Shown piece after piece: positions 43,399 to 55,311 of a stretch of 64,000 nucleotides of DNA; the stretch's first letter is position 1, and every line of letters starts with the position of its first letter. The position numbers and the translations under genes were made by a program. The notes under the pieces are model-generated. The model ran no database searches and had not been told where the DNA came from. It saw only the letters and a list, made by a program, of their open reading frames with translations. Origin of the DNA: Epithemia pelagica. Lineage: Eukaryota; Protista; Bacillariophyta. The DNA lies in NCBI GenBank assembly GCA_946965045.2, contig OX337240.1, positions 620,001 to 684,000 on the forward strand, read 5' to 3'.

Positions 43399-44150
43399 GA
43401 TTCTCACCGAAAACTAGGTGGCGAAACCTACAACTCATCGAATGATGCTAGTATTTTATGGCATCCGATGACACTTTCCTAAAAGTGAGAAAAGAATGTC
43501 GGCATGCTCGCGAAACTATAAATTTGGCCACGGCATGCTCGCAGTGCACGCGTTATCGGCGACCGCTCGGATATTAACTATGGCCCAACACGTGCGCGCC
43601 CAAAACTATCAAGTGCGCGCCTCTACTATCCGAGTACGCGCATCCACGATTCGACCTAACGGTCTATGTAATCAAAGCACGAATCACGATCACGCGAGAC
43701 CATATCTCTGTTCCCACAAATCCAAGAATGCAAACAGCAACGCGCCCAGGACAAGACTTATACCACGACAAAGCAAGAGCTGTTGCATCCCATACATGTT
43801 ATCCATCACCCTATACATCCAATATACACCAATGCCGGTCTACTCCAACCAGTGAGGACCTATCACACCAGATCCATGGCCGTATGCAAGAGCCAGGACT
43901 TCGGCACCGTCAACCACCTTAGTTAGTAATCGTCTCACAATCATTAATATCACCATTTTAACACTCATCTTAAGACTAACCTCTTATCAGTGGACCGACT
44001 GCCCCCACCCACGGCGGACTTCGACTTGCAACTCTTCTCTGACCCGTGGAGGATTGTTGTATCGGTTGGTGATTCGATTGTCGGCTCAGCGAGCCTTTTA
44101 CCTATCCTAACTATCTGTCTAACCCCTGTTGAATCGAGAGAAGTTTATCA
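43393..44150 (+). repeat. 3' LTR
   Basis: 758-bp direct repeat of 35831-36588. Confidence 0.97.
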
Positions 44151-45539
44151 GCCTTGGCCCGTACAACCATGACGACAAACTACGAGTTGGTGACGTACAA
44201 CACCTCGTCTATCAGGAGAACGATCGTGGTCCAGTTGCTAAAAAAGGCCATCGTCTCAATGACGCGCAGCGTGTCGCATCGAAGAATACACACCGAACTG
44301 GTAGAAAGAAAAAGCGCAACCTCACAAAGAAGGAGCTCATGGCAAAACTTGTCCGGGTCATGGGACCTGGAATGCAACGTTCATTTCAATCGAAAAATGC
44401 TGGTGAACTACAGGACCTTTGTAAACGCTCCAACATTGCAACGGTGATTGAAGATGATGTGATCGAGGAAGGCTGGATGAATGCTGCAAAAGGGCTCTTT
44501 CAAGTGTTATGGGAGCGGGGGTGGATAGACCCTAACAACATGATCAAGTACGTCAAGACAACCAGAGATGCATGGTTGGAAGCGGATAAGAAGACTGTGA
44601 AAGAAGCCTATCAGGCGGACTACAAAAAGTACTCTATGGTTCATCTGATGAGCGAATGCTCCGATTTCAAGAACGAAAAATCTGCAATGGAGAAGCTGGC
44701 GGAAGACTTGTCTGAACGACATCGTTGCAGGATCGAGATTCTCGTATCGACCAAGTATCACTGTGAAATGGCCGGTGAGGGGATCGAGTATGGCTGGGGT
44801 TACTCAAAAAAAGTCTTTTGTGCTTTCTCACTGAATGAGAAGAAAGACAAAGCTGCCTTTTTACGATGTTTGACAGCGAGCCTGAAGAAAACAACACCCG
44901 AAATCATGCGGAAAATGTCAGCAAAGGCACGTCGCTATATGCTCGCGTACTTGTTATACGATCAAAATTCCAACAACAGAGACTATGCAGCTGCGGGCCT
45001 CTCGTATGCCGAAATTGAAAAGATGTCAAAAGCAATCAAGTGTCACCGATCCGCCTTCGACCAAGATCATGGCTTCATCTCACGTCTCTGGAGAGAAACG
45101 CAAGGATCTGGTGCAGTAGAAACCTGATCTAATCTCCATTTATCATCAAAATGCATGTAACTTAACTATTTATAACAGCAATCCATTTTATTGAATGTAT
45201 TTCTTGTCAGTTATTGGTATCAATGATCACTTCCGTGTTGCGTGCTCGTGTTGCGTGTTGGATTATCAGTTTGTAAGTACCTCGAAAATGTGAGAGAGCG
45301 AGAAAATGGACGATTTTCGGAGCAGACCTCGCGCGAAACACGCCTCCCTCTCCGAAAACGCGCACGCATCGCAAAACTGGCACGCAAATCCTTAAGTAAC
45401 TCAGCCCACATACCAAAACTTCACCGTTTTTTAGTATGTGAGCTCAAGATTTTTTTTTTGGAATGTGAGCTGAGGGCTGAGGAGAATGCTGCGTTTCGTG
45501 TTTCTTGTGTTTCGTGTTTCGAGTTTTTGCGTTTCGACC

Positions 45540-48389
45540 ATGGGGAAAACAAGCTCTAAGAAACAGTATTCAAAAGCAGGCGCTCAAAAACGAGACAGCA
45601 TGAGTGACAAAGGAAATCTTGACGCTCTTATACTTGCAATAGATGCAGCGGAAGAGCAGTCAGCCAAAGCAGCAGCGGCGCCCGAAGCAGCAGCAGCCGC
45701 AGCACCCGAAGCAGCAGCAACAGACGAAGCGACAACAACAAAGCACCATCGGTTTCTTTCGGATCAAGACTTTGCCGAAGTGAAGGATAAAAAGCTTGCA
45801 GATGTTCGGCGTGGCCATCCAGAGAAGGACCACAGCAAACAGTATTCGGAAACTCAAATGCGGCAGCTCCTCATCGATACGCGCACAGAGGACTACAAGA
45901 AAGGCATCGAGGAAGTGGAGAAACTCCCTTCTCGTTCTGGACGGGATCCAATCAGGACTTTCTCCGAAGGCCTCAAGACGCTCTCCAAGATCAAAGACAG
46001 TGCTGTACTTGCCTGTGCTATGGGAGAGTATGTCTCACGGAAGATTTCGGCCACTTTTTCGGTCCAAGAAGCTCCAATTCGGAAGCCCGGTTCTGGCTTG
46101 TCAAAGGGGAAGATTGTGCCACTTTCGAGTGGAATGGGTCTCCCTGTCAAGAAGAACAGAAAACATACCTTCCCGATCGGCAAGCATGTCGGTTACACAT
46201 TTGCGAACAATCCGGTAGTCAAGATCTACCTTGGAAAAGTGCTTCTGTTTGAGGTGAAGGAGTCAAAACTCCCAGGCGCCGGGTTTGGCGTTTTTGCAGT
46301 TCGGACAATCAAAGATGGTGAAGTGATTGGTGCGTACACGGGAAACGACGTCACGTCTCGGACAGTTGTACCCAACGAGTACGCGATTCAGTTCGGACGT
46401 GACAATCGAAGGCTTCAAGCAGACAACGACGATCACTTCGGCATGGGGCTGCACTTAATCAACGACCACCTACACCATCGGTACGGTACAGACAATCCAC
46501 CGGATGAATCGGATGATCATTACAACGTGAGAATCATGCCGAATCTTCTAGTCAAGGTAATCAAGCCGATCGAAAAGGGCGACGAGCTGTCTTTGTTTTA
46601 TAACCTTTCGGACGAATCGCCGACGTCCTCCGAACAGGTTATCCGACCGTCGACGAAAGGTGACGACGACGAAGACGAGGGAAAGAAACGCGGTCGACCC
46701 AGTGATGAAAATGAAGACGACGGGAAAAAAACAAAGAAGCCTGTCTTAACTTCTCCTTCTACTGTTTTCCGTCCAGTTGCTACTGTTGCTCGTCCTCCTT
46801 CTCCGCCTCCTCCGCAATACGTTTCTGAGCACTACAATTCGCCCCCTCAGCTGCCGCCGCATTATCCTCCGCAATATTATCACCATCCTCCGCCGCAGTA
46901 CAATTATCCTCCGCCGCAGTACAATTACCCTCCGCCGCAGTACAATCATCATCCTCCGCCGCATTATCCTTATCCTCCGCCGCATTATCCTCATCCTCCG
47001 ACGAGTCATCCTCCGCCGCAGTACCATGGACATCCTCCGTCCTACAATCAACCCAACTATGGAGGTTACGGGGGGACTCTACCTTCATCGCTCCATCATC
47101 AGCAGCAACAACAACGCACGACCCAGCCGGTCGAAGGCTCACCCCACCTCCTTCCGAGCAATCCCATCCCACCTGCAGCACAAGCTCAACCCGTGCTCCT
47201 TCCCAGCAGTCCCGTCCTACCTGCAGCACAAGCTCAACCCGCCACTCAAGCCAATCCCAGCCCTAGTACTGGAATGTTCGTACCAGTGGTAATGGCAGAA
47301 GATGACACGGATAGTATTTTTGAGGAGATGGAAGCGATCGATGCGAAAGCGAAGGAGAATGAGCGTTTCGAGAAAATGAAGTTGTTACATAGAGAATTGC
47401 GCTCGAAGTATTTCAAATGGCTGTACGATATTGAAAACAAAATGTATCGAGGATATTTTTTGACAACTCCGCCAGATCTCCTCGAAATGTTGGAGAATGC
47501 GTGGTACAGCACAGGCTTGGACCAGAAAGGAAAGGGCAAATTTTTCAAATCTGTTCAAGACTACACACCAAATTTGTTGATGGCAATGATGGAACATGAG
47601 GGAATGGTGTCCAACATTCGGTACTTCGGCCACGTTAACCCCGAACATGCTGCAAAGGTCACGGCCAATTTCAAGCAGCTGCTTGCCTCAGCTCTCTATG
47701 GGATGAACTACGCAAAAGATGATTCATTTGCGGACCAAATCAACATTCACCTTTCGTTCATGAAGACCACAGAGGCAAAAGTTCAAGAACCTCACATCGA
47801 CTTCTTGTTCCAGAGCGTAACAGGGAACATGTCCGAAGGTCCCAAAACGCCCTCCGGGAAGCAACCAATCAAAAAGACTCGGAGAGCGAATGCAGATCTG
47901 CCACTCCGGGAACGCATGCCTTTTATTGTTTTCATGCCCCAGGCGGAGGAGGGTATGTCCGTTGAATTGTGGAGTTTCCGCGGTGAGAAGCACAAGGATT
48001 ATATGAACGAGCTGGGTAAAGTGGTACATATCCCATATGGCACGTTTCTCCTCGTTCGAGGAGATACTGTCCATGCTGGTGGCTTTAAGACTGGGGAGAT
48101 GGGGAATCCACGTGCACATTTCTACGTGTACCAAGGAAAAGATGGGACCGTTCACGATCCCATGCCAAAGAACACCTACAACCTTCCTTCTGGAGAAAGC
48201 AGGCTTTCCGACTACTACTTCCATGACAAAGACATCCCTGGTGTTCGCCGAAGTGGGCTCGTTGGGGTTAAGCTTTGGGTCGGGGACAAGCGTGTTTGCG
48301 TCCTAAGTGACAATCCTCGTAAGGTGCTTGTGGCCGCGAATTATAAACCTGGTAAGAAGATCGCGAGCAAAGAAGCCGATCAAACTTAG
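45540..48389 (+). CDS. Cargo ORF-C, copy 2: SET plus 2OG-Fe(II) dioxygenase-like protein (949 aa)
   Basis: SET half almost identical to copy 1. C-terminal half diverged but retains QEPHIDF, RGDTVHAGG and NPRAHFY. Confidence 0.87.
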   Translation: MGKTSSKKQYSKAGAQKRDSMSDKGNLDALILAIDAAEEQSAKAAAAPEAAAAAAPEAAATDEATTTKHHRFLSDQDFAEVKDKKLADVRRGHPEKDHSKQYSETQMRQLLIDTRTEDYKKGIEEVEKLPSRSGRDPIRTFSEGLKTLSKIKDSAVLACAMGEYVSRKISATFSVQEAPIRKPGSGLSKGKIVPLSSGMGLPVKKNRKHTFPIGKHVGYTFANNPVVKIYLGKVLLFEVKESKLPGAGFGVFAVRTIKDGEVIGAYTGNDVTSRTVVPNEYAIQFGRDNRRLQADNDDHFGMGLHLINDHLHHRYGTDNPPDESDDHYNVRIMPNLLVKVIKPIEKGDELSLFYNLSDESPTSSEQVIRPSTKGDDDEDEGKKRGRPSDENEDDGKKTKKPVLTSPSTVFRPVATVARPPSPPPPQYVSEHYNSPPQLPPHYPPQYYHHPPPQYNYPPPQYNYPPPQYNHHPPPHYPYPPPHYPHPPTSHPPPQYHGHPPSYNQPNYGGYGGTLPSSLHHQQQQQRTTQPVEGSPHLLPSNPIPPAAQAQPVLLPSSPVLPAAQAQPATQANPSPSTGMFVPVVMAEDDTDSIFEEMEAIDAKAKENERFEKMKLLHRELRSKYFKWLYDIENKMYRGYFLTTPPDLLEMLENAWYSTGLDQKGKGKFFKSVQDYTPNLLMAMMEHEGMVSNIRYFGHVNPEHAAKVTANFKQLLASALYGMNYAKDDSFADQINIHLSFMKTTEAKVQEPHIDFLFQSVTGNMSEGPKTPSGKQPIKKTRRANADLPLRERMPFIVFMPQAEEGMSVELWSFRGEKHKDYMNELGKVVHIPYGTFLLVRGDTVHAGGFKTGEMGNPRAHFYVYQGKDGTVHDPMPKNTYNLPSGESRLSDYYFHDKDIPGVRRSGLVGVKLWVGDKRVCVLSDNPRKVLVAANYKPGKKIASKEADQT

Positions 48390-48915
48390 ATCTTTCCTCG
48401 TGGTGAAAGTGTGTTATTGTTGAAAAAGAATACCATGGTACGTTGAGTTGCAGTATGACATTAAGATTTATTAGTTTATTCCTTCATATTATACTTTAGT
48501 ACATTGTCGTGTTTGTTTCCATGAAGTGTCGAAAACGCAAAATATGAGATAAGAATCATAGCTCGTCTGGGACCAATCACGAACTCCCTCGTACATCCAT
48601 ACGAGACGCGCCCGCAAACCGGGACCCAACTACCGACACTGGGAAGCTGGATGACGACGATGACGATGATGATGACCATGACAATCACGACCATAACGAT
48701 GATGAAGAGGACAAACGGGATGAGCGATGATAGCTACAACAAGGACGACTACAATACAACGACGACAATGATAGCCACGACAATGACGAGGACTTGGACG
48801 ACGACAATAATGATAATCACAACAAGAACGACTGTAGAAGCACTACAAGTACCATGATGACAAATCGATTCATATTTAGTGATTAAGGATACCTAAAACG
48901 TCCATCAGTAGATAT

Positions 48916-49822
48916 CTAGTACGCCTCGTCCTCATGATCCAAGTAATCGGGACCAAAAAGCCCGTTTTGCTGCGTACCGATGAAGTCTTCTTGGGTCTCG
49001 AGAAATCCATCATCGGCATACGAATCAATGGATGTCCGGTATGCACGGGAAGGATTGCTAAAGAACAAAGGAGGAGACGACGGGATGTTTTCTCCCAATG
49101 CCAGCGACTCATTCAAAGTCTGGCGAGGGTCTGTCGCTCCACTTTCCTTCACCTGTTCCTCAGCAATCCGACGCTGGAAAGCATGCTTCTGGGAGGGGGT
49201 CAGTGCGAAAGCTCGAGACGCCACCTTCGGGGAAGAAGTTACTTTCTTCAGGGTCACATAAGACTCTGGAGTCTTGTTCTTGACGTCGTCCTCCTTCTTG
49301 ATCTCCTTCTCGGGCTTGCTGTCGGGCTTGTTGTCGGGCTTGCTGTTGGGTTTGGTGTCTGTGGCAGCAGAGGGCGCGTCGTGAGAAAGGGAGACTCAAA
49401 ACCAACAATGAACAATCAAACTTACCTTCTTTGCCGACAGCCTCGATCGCAAGGAGCTCTGCCGCGATATCCGACAGGTTAGCGCATTTGACGTCCTTGT
49501 TGCTGACGAAGAACACTGGGATACCATCTTCATCCCCAATGGTGAGTTGCCACTGTTTTGCGCGCTTGTGCCACGACGAAGGACCCTCAAGGTTGAAGGT
49601 CACATGCTTCTTTGTCGAAGCGGGAGACTTCGTCGTCGTCGTCTTCTTCTTCTTCGACGTTTTGTTGTCCACGGCCGTCTTTGTCTTCATTTTCTTGTTT
49701 GCCTTGTTTCCCTTGTTTCCCTTGTCGGAGGGAAATGCGGTTGTGGAGGGAGCTGCGGCGGAGTCCTCCTGCTCCTTCTTCGCAGACTCAGCTCGTTTGG
49801 TAGCACTACGCGTCTGGCGCAT
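48916..49822 (-). CDS. Cargo ORF-B, copy 2 (spliced)
   Basis: Reverse complement of 24326-25232 with the same intron. Confidence 0.7.
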
Positions 49823-49993
49823 CGTTGGAAAGTGAGAACACAATAGGGATTCGTTCGTTTGATTGTTGTGTTTGTATGTTTGATTGTTGCCCGCTCTCCG
49901 TTCTTGTGTCATCTAGGGAATCCCCCCGCGCTCATTCGTGAACAATATCGGCGCGCGCCACAAAATCAACTTGCAGCATGAAGCAACTTCCGA

Positions 49994-50566
49994 TTGACCC
50001 GCCGTGCAATGGAACAATCAAACAGAGACGACAGGAAGAGGCAAGGAAGAAGAAGCAAGATGACCAACATGAGGACGAAGTTCGAGTTCAACGAAGAGGA
50101 TGGCCGTGAGGGTGGTGCTGGTCTCCCGTTCAAGTCGTGCTTTTATGCCAGCGATGTTTGCGCGCTCATCGGGCCCATGTCGAGAAACAAGGACACTGGC
50201 CACAACATCGTCGACCGTGGCCATCTGCTTGTGCAGCGGGAGCTTGCGACCGACTACCTACGGATTGCAGTCTTTGACCGGGATGCAACAAGCGAGCATG
50301 AGGAACCAGCGTTGGTTGTTCCAGTTGGGTTCATTGCTCTGTCGCACCTGGACCAGGTCTCTGGAAAGACGAGCAAGAACGGACCTCCCATGGGACGCAT
50401 CCGCCTCTACACACGCTGCTCCATCAACCCTAAAGCCTGCATGGAACCCCAGGTCGTTACAATCTACATGGGCAGCAAGGATATGGATCGCTTCAACATT
50501 TCGCTTGGTGCGATGATGCTCAAGCACCCGCTTCAAAATCTCTTCTTTAATCATCAACAAGCCTAG
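49994..50566 (+). CDS. Cargo ORF-A, copy 2 (first ATG changed to TTG)
   Basis: Near-identical to 23582-24154. Confidence 0.58.
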   Translation: MTRRAMEQSNRDDRKRQGRRSKMTNMRTKFEFNEEDGREGGAGLPFKSCFYASDVCALIGPMSRNKDTGHNIVDRGHLLVQRELATDYLRIAVFDRDATSEHEEPALVVPVGFIALSHLDQVSGKTSKNGPPMGRIRLYTRCSINPKACMEPQVVTIYMGSKDMDRFNISLGAMMLKHPLQNLFFNHQQA

Positions 50567-50837
50567 ATAGTGAACAATGTAGCAGCGTTTTATGATTATC
50601 ATTTGAGTAGGATCTTCATTCTCTATGAATACGATCTAATTCTATAGTTGTGTTACGTTTACCGTACAATACATTGCGTTCAGGTACGGCTGTGTGAGTC
50701 ACAACAAAGAAAAGAACATCAATCTTTGTTGTGAACGACGCAACTTCTAGTCTAAGTTCCATATATCTAACGAGAAGAATATCAATTTTTGACGTGAACA
50801 ACGCTACAAGTGTTCATAGTCTTTGTTCTATCTTCTA

Positions 50838-51443
50838 AGGGCTGGGTAAGCCGATCCATGTTCGGCTAAGTAGGCTCAGTACATTAATCTACGTAGTACT
50901 ATTTTCATGAGTGTAACAAGTGGGGCGGATGGTCTCAAATTGAAAACTTGCTGCCACGAGAAACAATGCAAATTGGAAGCCATCGCTCGACAATGGTGGA
51001 AGGCATCACCCCCATGGCAATAACTTCCTGAACAATTGAGCCTGCCTGAATCACTTTTACAATAAGAATCTTTACTACTAGAGCAACCTTGCTTTCACTT
51101 TGATTCAGGCACCCTTGAAAAATGAATGAGTTAGGGCGGTCGTTCGATTTCATCACTGCAGAAAAATGAGCGTACCTTTTCAGCCAACTTGGCAAATCTT
51201 CTGTAATTTCAGACAACCATTTCAAAGGTAAAGGCAAAGGACTTACGGTGGTTGGATGTTTATGCGATGCATGGGTGAATGCATACGGCGTCACCGGATC
51301 TCGCCATCATTGTCGAGCGTTTTTGCATTTTTTTGAAATTCCGACCATTTCCGGCGTGACGTGTACTATCTGATTTTATGTACTCTACGTAGATTAATGT
51401 ACTGAGCCTACTTAGCCGAACATGGATCGGCTTACCCAGCCCT
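50838..51443. mobile_element. 606-bp MITE with a TA TSD, inserted in copy 2
   Basis: Perfect 59-bp TIR (50838-50896 / 51385-51443). TA at 50836-50837 and 51444-51445. The empty site atcttc-TA-tcattc is present in copy 1 (~23311). Confidence 0.95.
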
Positions 51444-52170
51444 TATCATTCGATTCTACAATAGAGGTGCATTGGTTGCACCAAGTTTTGCCGTGAGTCG
51501 CCGTAGTAAATCGCGCGGCGACCACCTTCAACTAGATAAAACGACACCTACAAAACGAATGCAGCGCCGACATCGTTCTCCATGCTCAACCCATGAATGG
51601 AGAAGAGGTTCAGAGCATGGGATCATGGAGCCGTCTCCTATTTGGCAAGAGATCGGTCAAAAGGACCGTTCACCATGGTCAATTTTTGGTAGAACGGTAG
51701 AGGCATAAATAGAAGGGCTATATTAAGGGGATGGCTCGCGCGGATTACGTAGATTTCCTACTGGAGCGCTACGTCAGGAACATTCTGTCTGAACTCAGCT
51801 TGTAGGATCTTCTCTTCGTGCTCTTCTGAAGTTTCCTCAAGAATAGGCCACGTGCCCACGGTCGGTCCAGTAAATCTTTCTTCACAAACTCTTGAGCCCC
51901 CTTTTTTTTCTTTTTTTCGATCACACAATTGAATCTTTCGACAGTCGACACTTTGGTTCTAATTGTTCGCATCGGGTGTGGTGTTCCGAGTTCCACAGTT
52001 TCCTTTAGAAAGCTCAACTCTCAACTGGCAACTGGCAACAGCTCATCAATATTTGCGAACATACAACTCGAAAAAGAAATCTTCGCCCACTATGCACCAG
52101 TACTCGCAGTCTTTGTGACGGCTGCAGACCATTTTGGTCTCGTTGTGGATTGCTCACAACAATAGCAAGC

Positions 52171-53742
52171 ATGATTTTTGAGAATCTTGACGAGGCCGTC
52201 GCAAATGAAGTCGATCAAAGCTCTCCGTTTGGGGAGGACAATGGGTCCATGTACACACCAGTTGGCGATGATTTCTCGTCCATCTCGTTTTTCTATGAAC
52301 AGGATGAAGAAGAAGATGTACTTGACCTTCAAGTTGTTGATTCTATGGAGAAGAAACATGCTCCTACCTTTTCCAGCAATACAAGACTCCACAACGATGA
52401 TAATCATCTCGGGGGGAACGACGGTGAACATGTTACGGTGATAACATGCACGAATATTTTTGAGAATCTTGACGAGGCCGTCGCAAATGAAGTCGATCAA
52501 AGCTCTCCGTTTGGGGAGGACAATGGGTCCATGTACACACCAGTTGGCGATGATTTCTCGTCCATCTCGTTTTTCTATGAACAGGATGAAGAAGAAGATG
52601 TACTTGACCTTCAAGTTGTTGATTCTATGGAGAAAAAACATGCTCCTACCTTTTCCAGCAATACAAGACTCCACAACGATGATAATCATCTCGGGGGGAA
52701 CGACGGTGAACATGTTTCGGTGATAACATGCACGAATGAAGGGAACGAGGGAGAATCTTTGTGCGGATTACGTTCCAAGCCCACTGTTCCGGAAAAGCGA
52801 ACCCATGCTTCACGCAGGAGTTCAGATGCAAACAAAGAATCTGAGAATGATAAAGAGGATAATACCATAACCACAAAGCTGCGAAAGCCCAAACGTCCAG
52901 TTTCCGCTTACAATATCTTCTTCAAGTGGAAGCGCCGTGAGCTTGTGAGAAAAGACATTCACGGGAAACTAACCTTTTCTCAAATTGGCAAGCTGATCGG
53001 CGAGCAGTGGAAAACGATCAATGAAAGTGACCGAGCAAATTACGATCGCCAGGCAAAAAGTGATCAGCTAAGGTACCGAGAAGAAATATCCCTATGGAAG
53101 AAGCAAAAATAAGAGCACAAGCGTCGATTCAAACGACGGGGAGGTTCTCGTTTCAAGAGGGAACGCAATCGCAAGTTCAAGGGGGGCTCGGAACAGGACT
53201 CCTCGGCTTCAAAACGCTTAGTTCATTCCAAAGAAGATGCAAGATCCAGCTCAACTGATCATGTCACTCTCCAAACTAGACATAACAATGCAGTTGCAAG
53301 CAAGAAGTTTCATGGTAGCTGTGAAGGCGATCATGAACAAAGAGAATCATCTCCATGCTTGAACAAAAATGATGACCACAAGAGAGATTCGTCCTTGCGG
53401 CAAGATACTGATCATGGCCACCCATCATTATCTTCTGCAATGGGTGCGCACCCGTTCCTTGTGGCTGCGTTTGTCCCACAAACAACGGAGAATTTATCGT
53501 ATGGGCTTGCGGGCTATGCCGTGCCTCCACCGCCAGAGGCCGCCCCAGCAGCGTCCTCATACAGCCACTTCTACTCGGGCCACCCACAACCGCCCCCCAA
53601 CCACACTGGAGGAGCACCTTACAACTACCACTGCTACGGCCCACCAAACTCATGGCATGGTCATGACTACACCCATCCGTCAAGCTACTGGCATCACGCG
53701 CCCAACTCTACGGTGCCTGCTCCGACTTCATACGCTATGGGG
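52171..53742 (+). pseudogene. HMG-box gene copy A: two 94-aa repeats, premature TAA, 3' truncation
   Basis: KPKRPVSAYNIFF...IGEQWK...RYREE. TAA at 53110-53112 where copy B has CAA. Homology to copy B ends at 53742. Confidence 0.85.
52174..52737 (+). repeat. 282-bp coding tandem repeat x2
   Basis: Units start at 52174 and 52456. Confidence 0.95.
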
Positions 53743-54583
53743 GGTCTTGAAGAAGCAACAAACGCACGAAGATGCATCCGTGTGGTGTGAGCTTTGTTTG
53801 TGGATGAACGACCCGCGACTAGCGAATATAGTCCATACAGTGACGACACTCGAGTATGTACTCAGTTTGTACTACCTAGATCCGTAGGACTTGTTGCTGA
53901 AATTGTGGGATGAAGAGGAGGAATGAAACCACGGCGTGGCCTACATAGATTACCAAAACGGCTCCTTTCAAGGATTTGAGGGAAGGGAATTCCTACCGCA
54001 TCATGGCAGAAGGTAGGTGGTCCCGAAACATGAGCAGAGCGTGATGCTCTGCGGATCGAGCGCCAAGGACGAGAGAGAGAATGGTGAATTCATAACGACC
54101 ACAGCAGAGGCTGAAGGACAAGCCAGGCATATTTCTCGAGGGATGACAAGCTGTGGACACATGACCGTACACAAGCAGGAAACAAACAGGACGACAGCAC
54201 ATGTGGATGTGACTAGGTCGTCCGTTTGTTTTTGGGTGACGACACGCGTGAAAAACAACTTGCAGAACTCACTCATTTGGATGTTGCTCCTTCTGGTCCA
54301 CCCAACGAGAATCCATTCGAGACAAAATGAAGCAACCAGTGACAAAGTTGGATCTATAATTATCATTGCTTCCCCATAACCAGTCAACAGTCAACACCTG
54401 CAAAATCGAAAAAGTGAGAAAGGGCATGTTCCCAATATGAGGAGGAGGAAAGGGCCATAATCGAGCATCTCTACAAGAGGACTCACGAATATAACCAATA
54501 TAAGATCTTCTGTACTACTCTATGTCACAGTGTACATCCTGCTTTTCCCTTTCATTACCGTTTCCACGTATACTTGCTTCGAG

Positions 54584-55182
54584 TAGTGTTGAGGGCATTC
54601 GGCACGGGGCATGCCCAAAAGGTGCATGCCCCCATGACCCGTGACCCTGTGCCCCTCATCGCAAAATATAGTCAGGGCATGCCGCACGACTTAGCGCGAC
54701 TGTTAAGCGACCACACCTGTTGATGATGTTGATTTTGAGGTCGAGTTTGACATACAGACAGTAACAGAACATGACAGTGATGATCCTGGAAACTCTCTTG
54801 AATGAGAATCAAGTCTACCTAGAACACAAGTCGAGGGACCACCACCACCTCCTCCAATAACAGGTAATACCCAGTCATTCGTTCGCCAAATGTTCGACTT
54901 GTCAGTCTTGAAGGAGATAATGGATAGAGAGGTTGCTGGATCAAGGGAAACCCCAGTAGTGCACAGGCTACAGCTACTATTGGTCCCAATGAAGAAGAAG
55001 AGGAGTTCATTTTAGATGATGTCCTGAATTACTAAGTCCTTTACGTGTTGATGTTGCATGAGGTGCCGTAATGGTTACGTAGGGGCATGCCGGGGCATGC
55101 CGGGGGTCATTTTTTGTGACCCCTTAACTCAGCGTGACCCATGACCCGTGACCCCTCTTCCAGGACCGTGCCCTCAACACTA
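54584..55182. mobile_element. 599-bp non-autonomous hAT element
   Basis: 14-bp TIR TAGTGTTGAGGGCA. 8-bp TSD GCTTCGAG (54576-54583 / 55183-55190). Subterminal ATGACCCGTGACCC and GGGGCATGCC motifs. Confidence 0.95.
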
Positions 55183-55311
55183 GCTTCGAGGTTCTCTGGA
55201 TCTACTACAAGTACATCATAATACAGTTCTTCACTGTACTGGATACTGGTTACTGGTACATCTTAAGACTCCCCGTCATTCCATACCACTGACCACGATA
55301 ATTACTTTACG

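Larger units (their letters stand above)
35831..44150 (+). mobile_element. Ty1/Copia LTR retrotransposon (CoDi-like), 8320 bp, apparently intact and recent
   Basis: 758-bp TG...CA LTRs, 5-bp TSD GCCTT (35826-35830 / 44151-44155), and an uninterrupted gag-pol in PR-IN-RT-RH order. Confidence 0.98.
33462..45127 (+). pseudogene. Transposase of copy 2, frameshifted (~34906) and split by the Copia insertion (pieces 33462-35830 and 44156-45127)
   Basis: TGTATGCT versus TGTATTGCT in copy 1 (1-nt deletion). The DQACL|GPYNH junction is interrupted by the LTR element. Confidence 0.95.
33155..51802 (+). mobile_element. Copy 2 of the same TIR transposon, inverted, with nested Copia and MITE insertions
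   Basis: Same TIRs (33155-33188, 51769-51802). TA at 33153-33154 and 51803-51804. Same gene order in reverse complement. Confidence 0.93.

Noticed and set aside
50935-51294. 119-aa ORF inside the TA-MITE as a transposase remnant
   Set aside because: No DDE or HTH motif recognisable.
22954-51802. Palindrome as a fold-back sequencing or assembly artefact
   Set aside because: The arms differ by a TSD-flanked Copia, a TSD-flanked MITE and two strongly diverged blocks, and each arm has complete TIRs and its own TA. A haplotype mis-join is not fully excluded.
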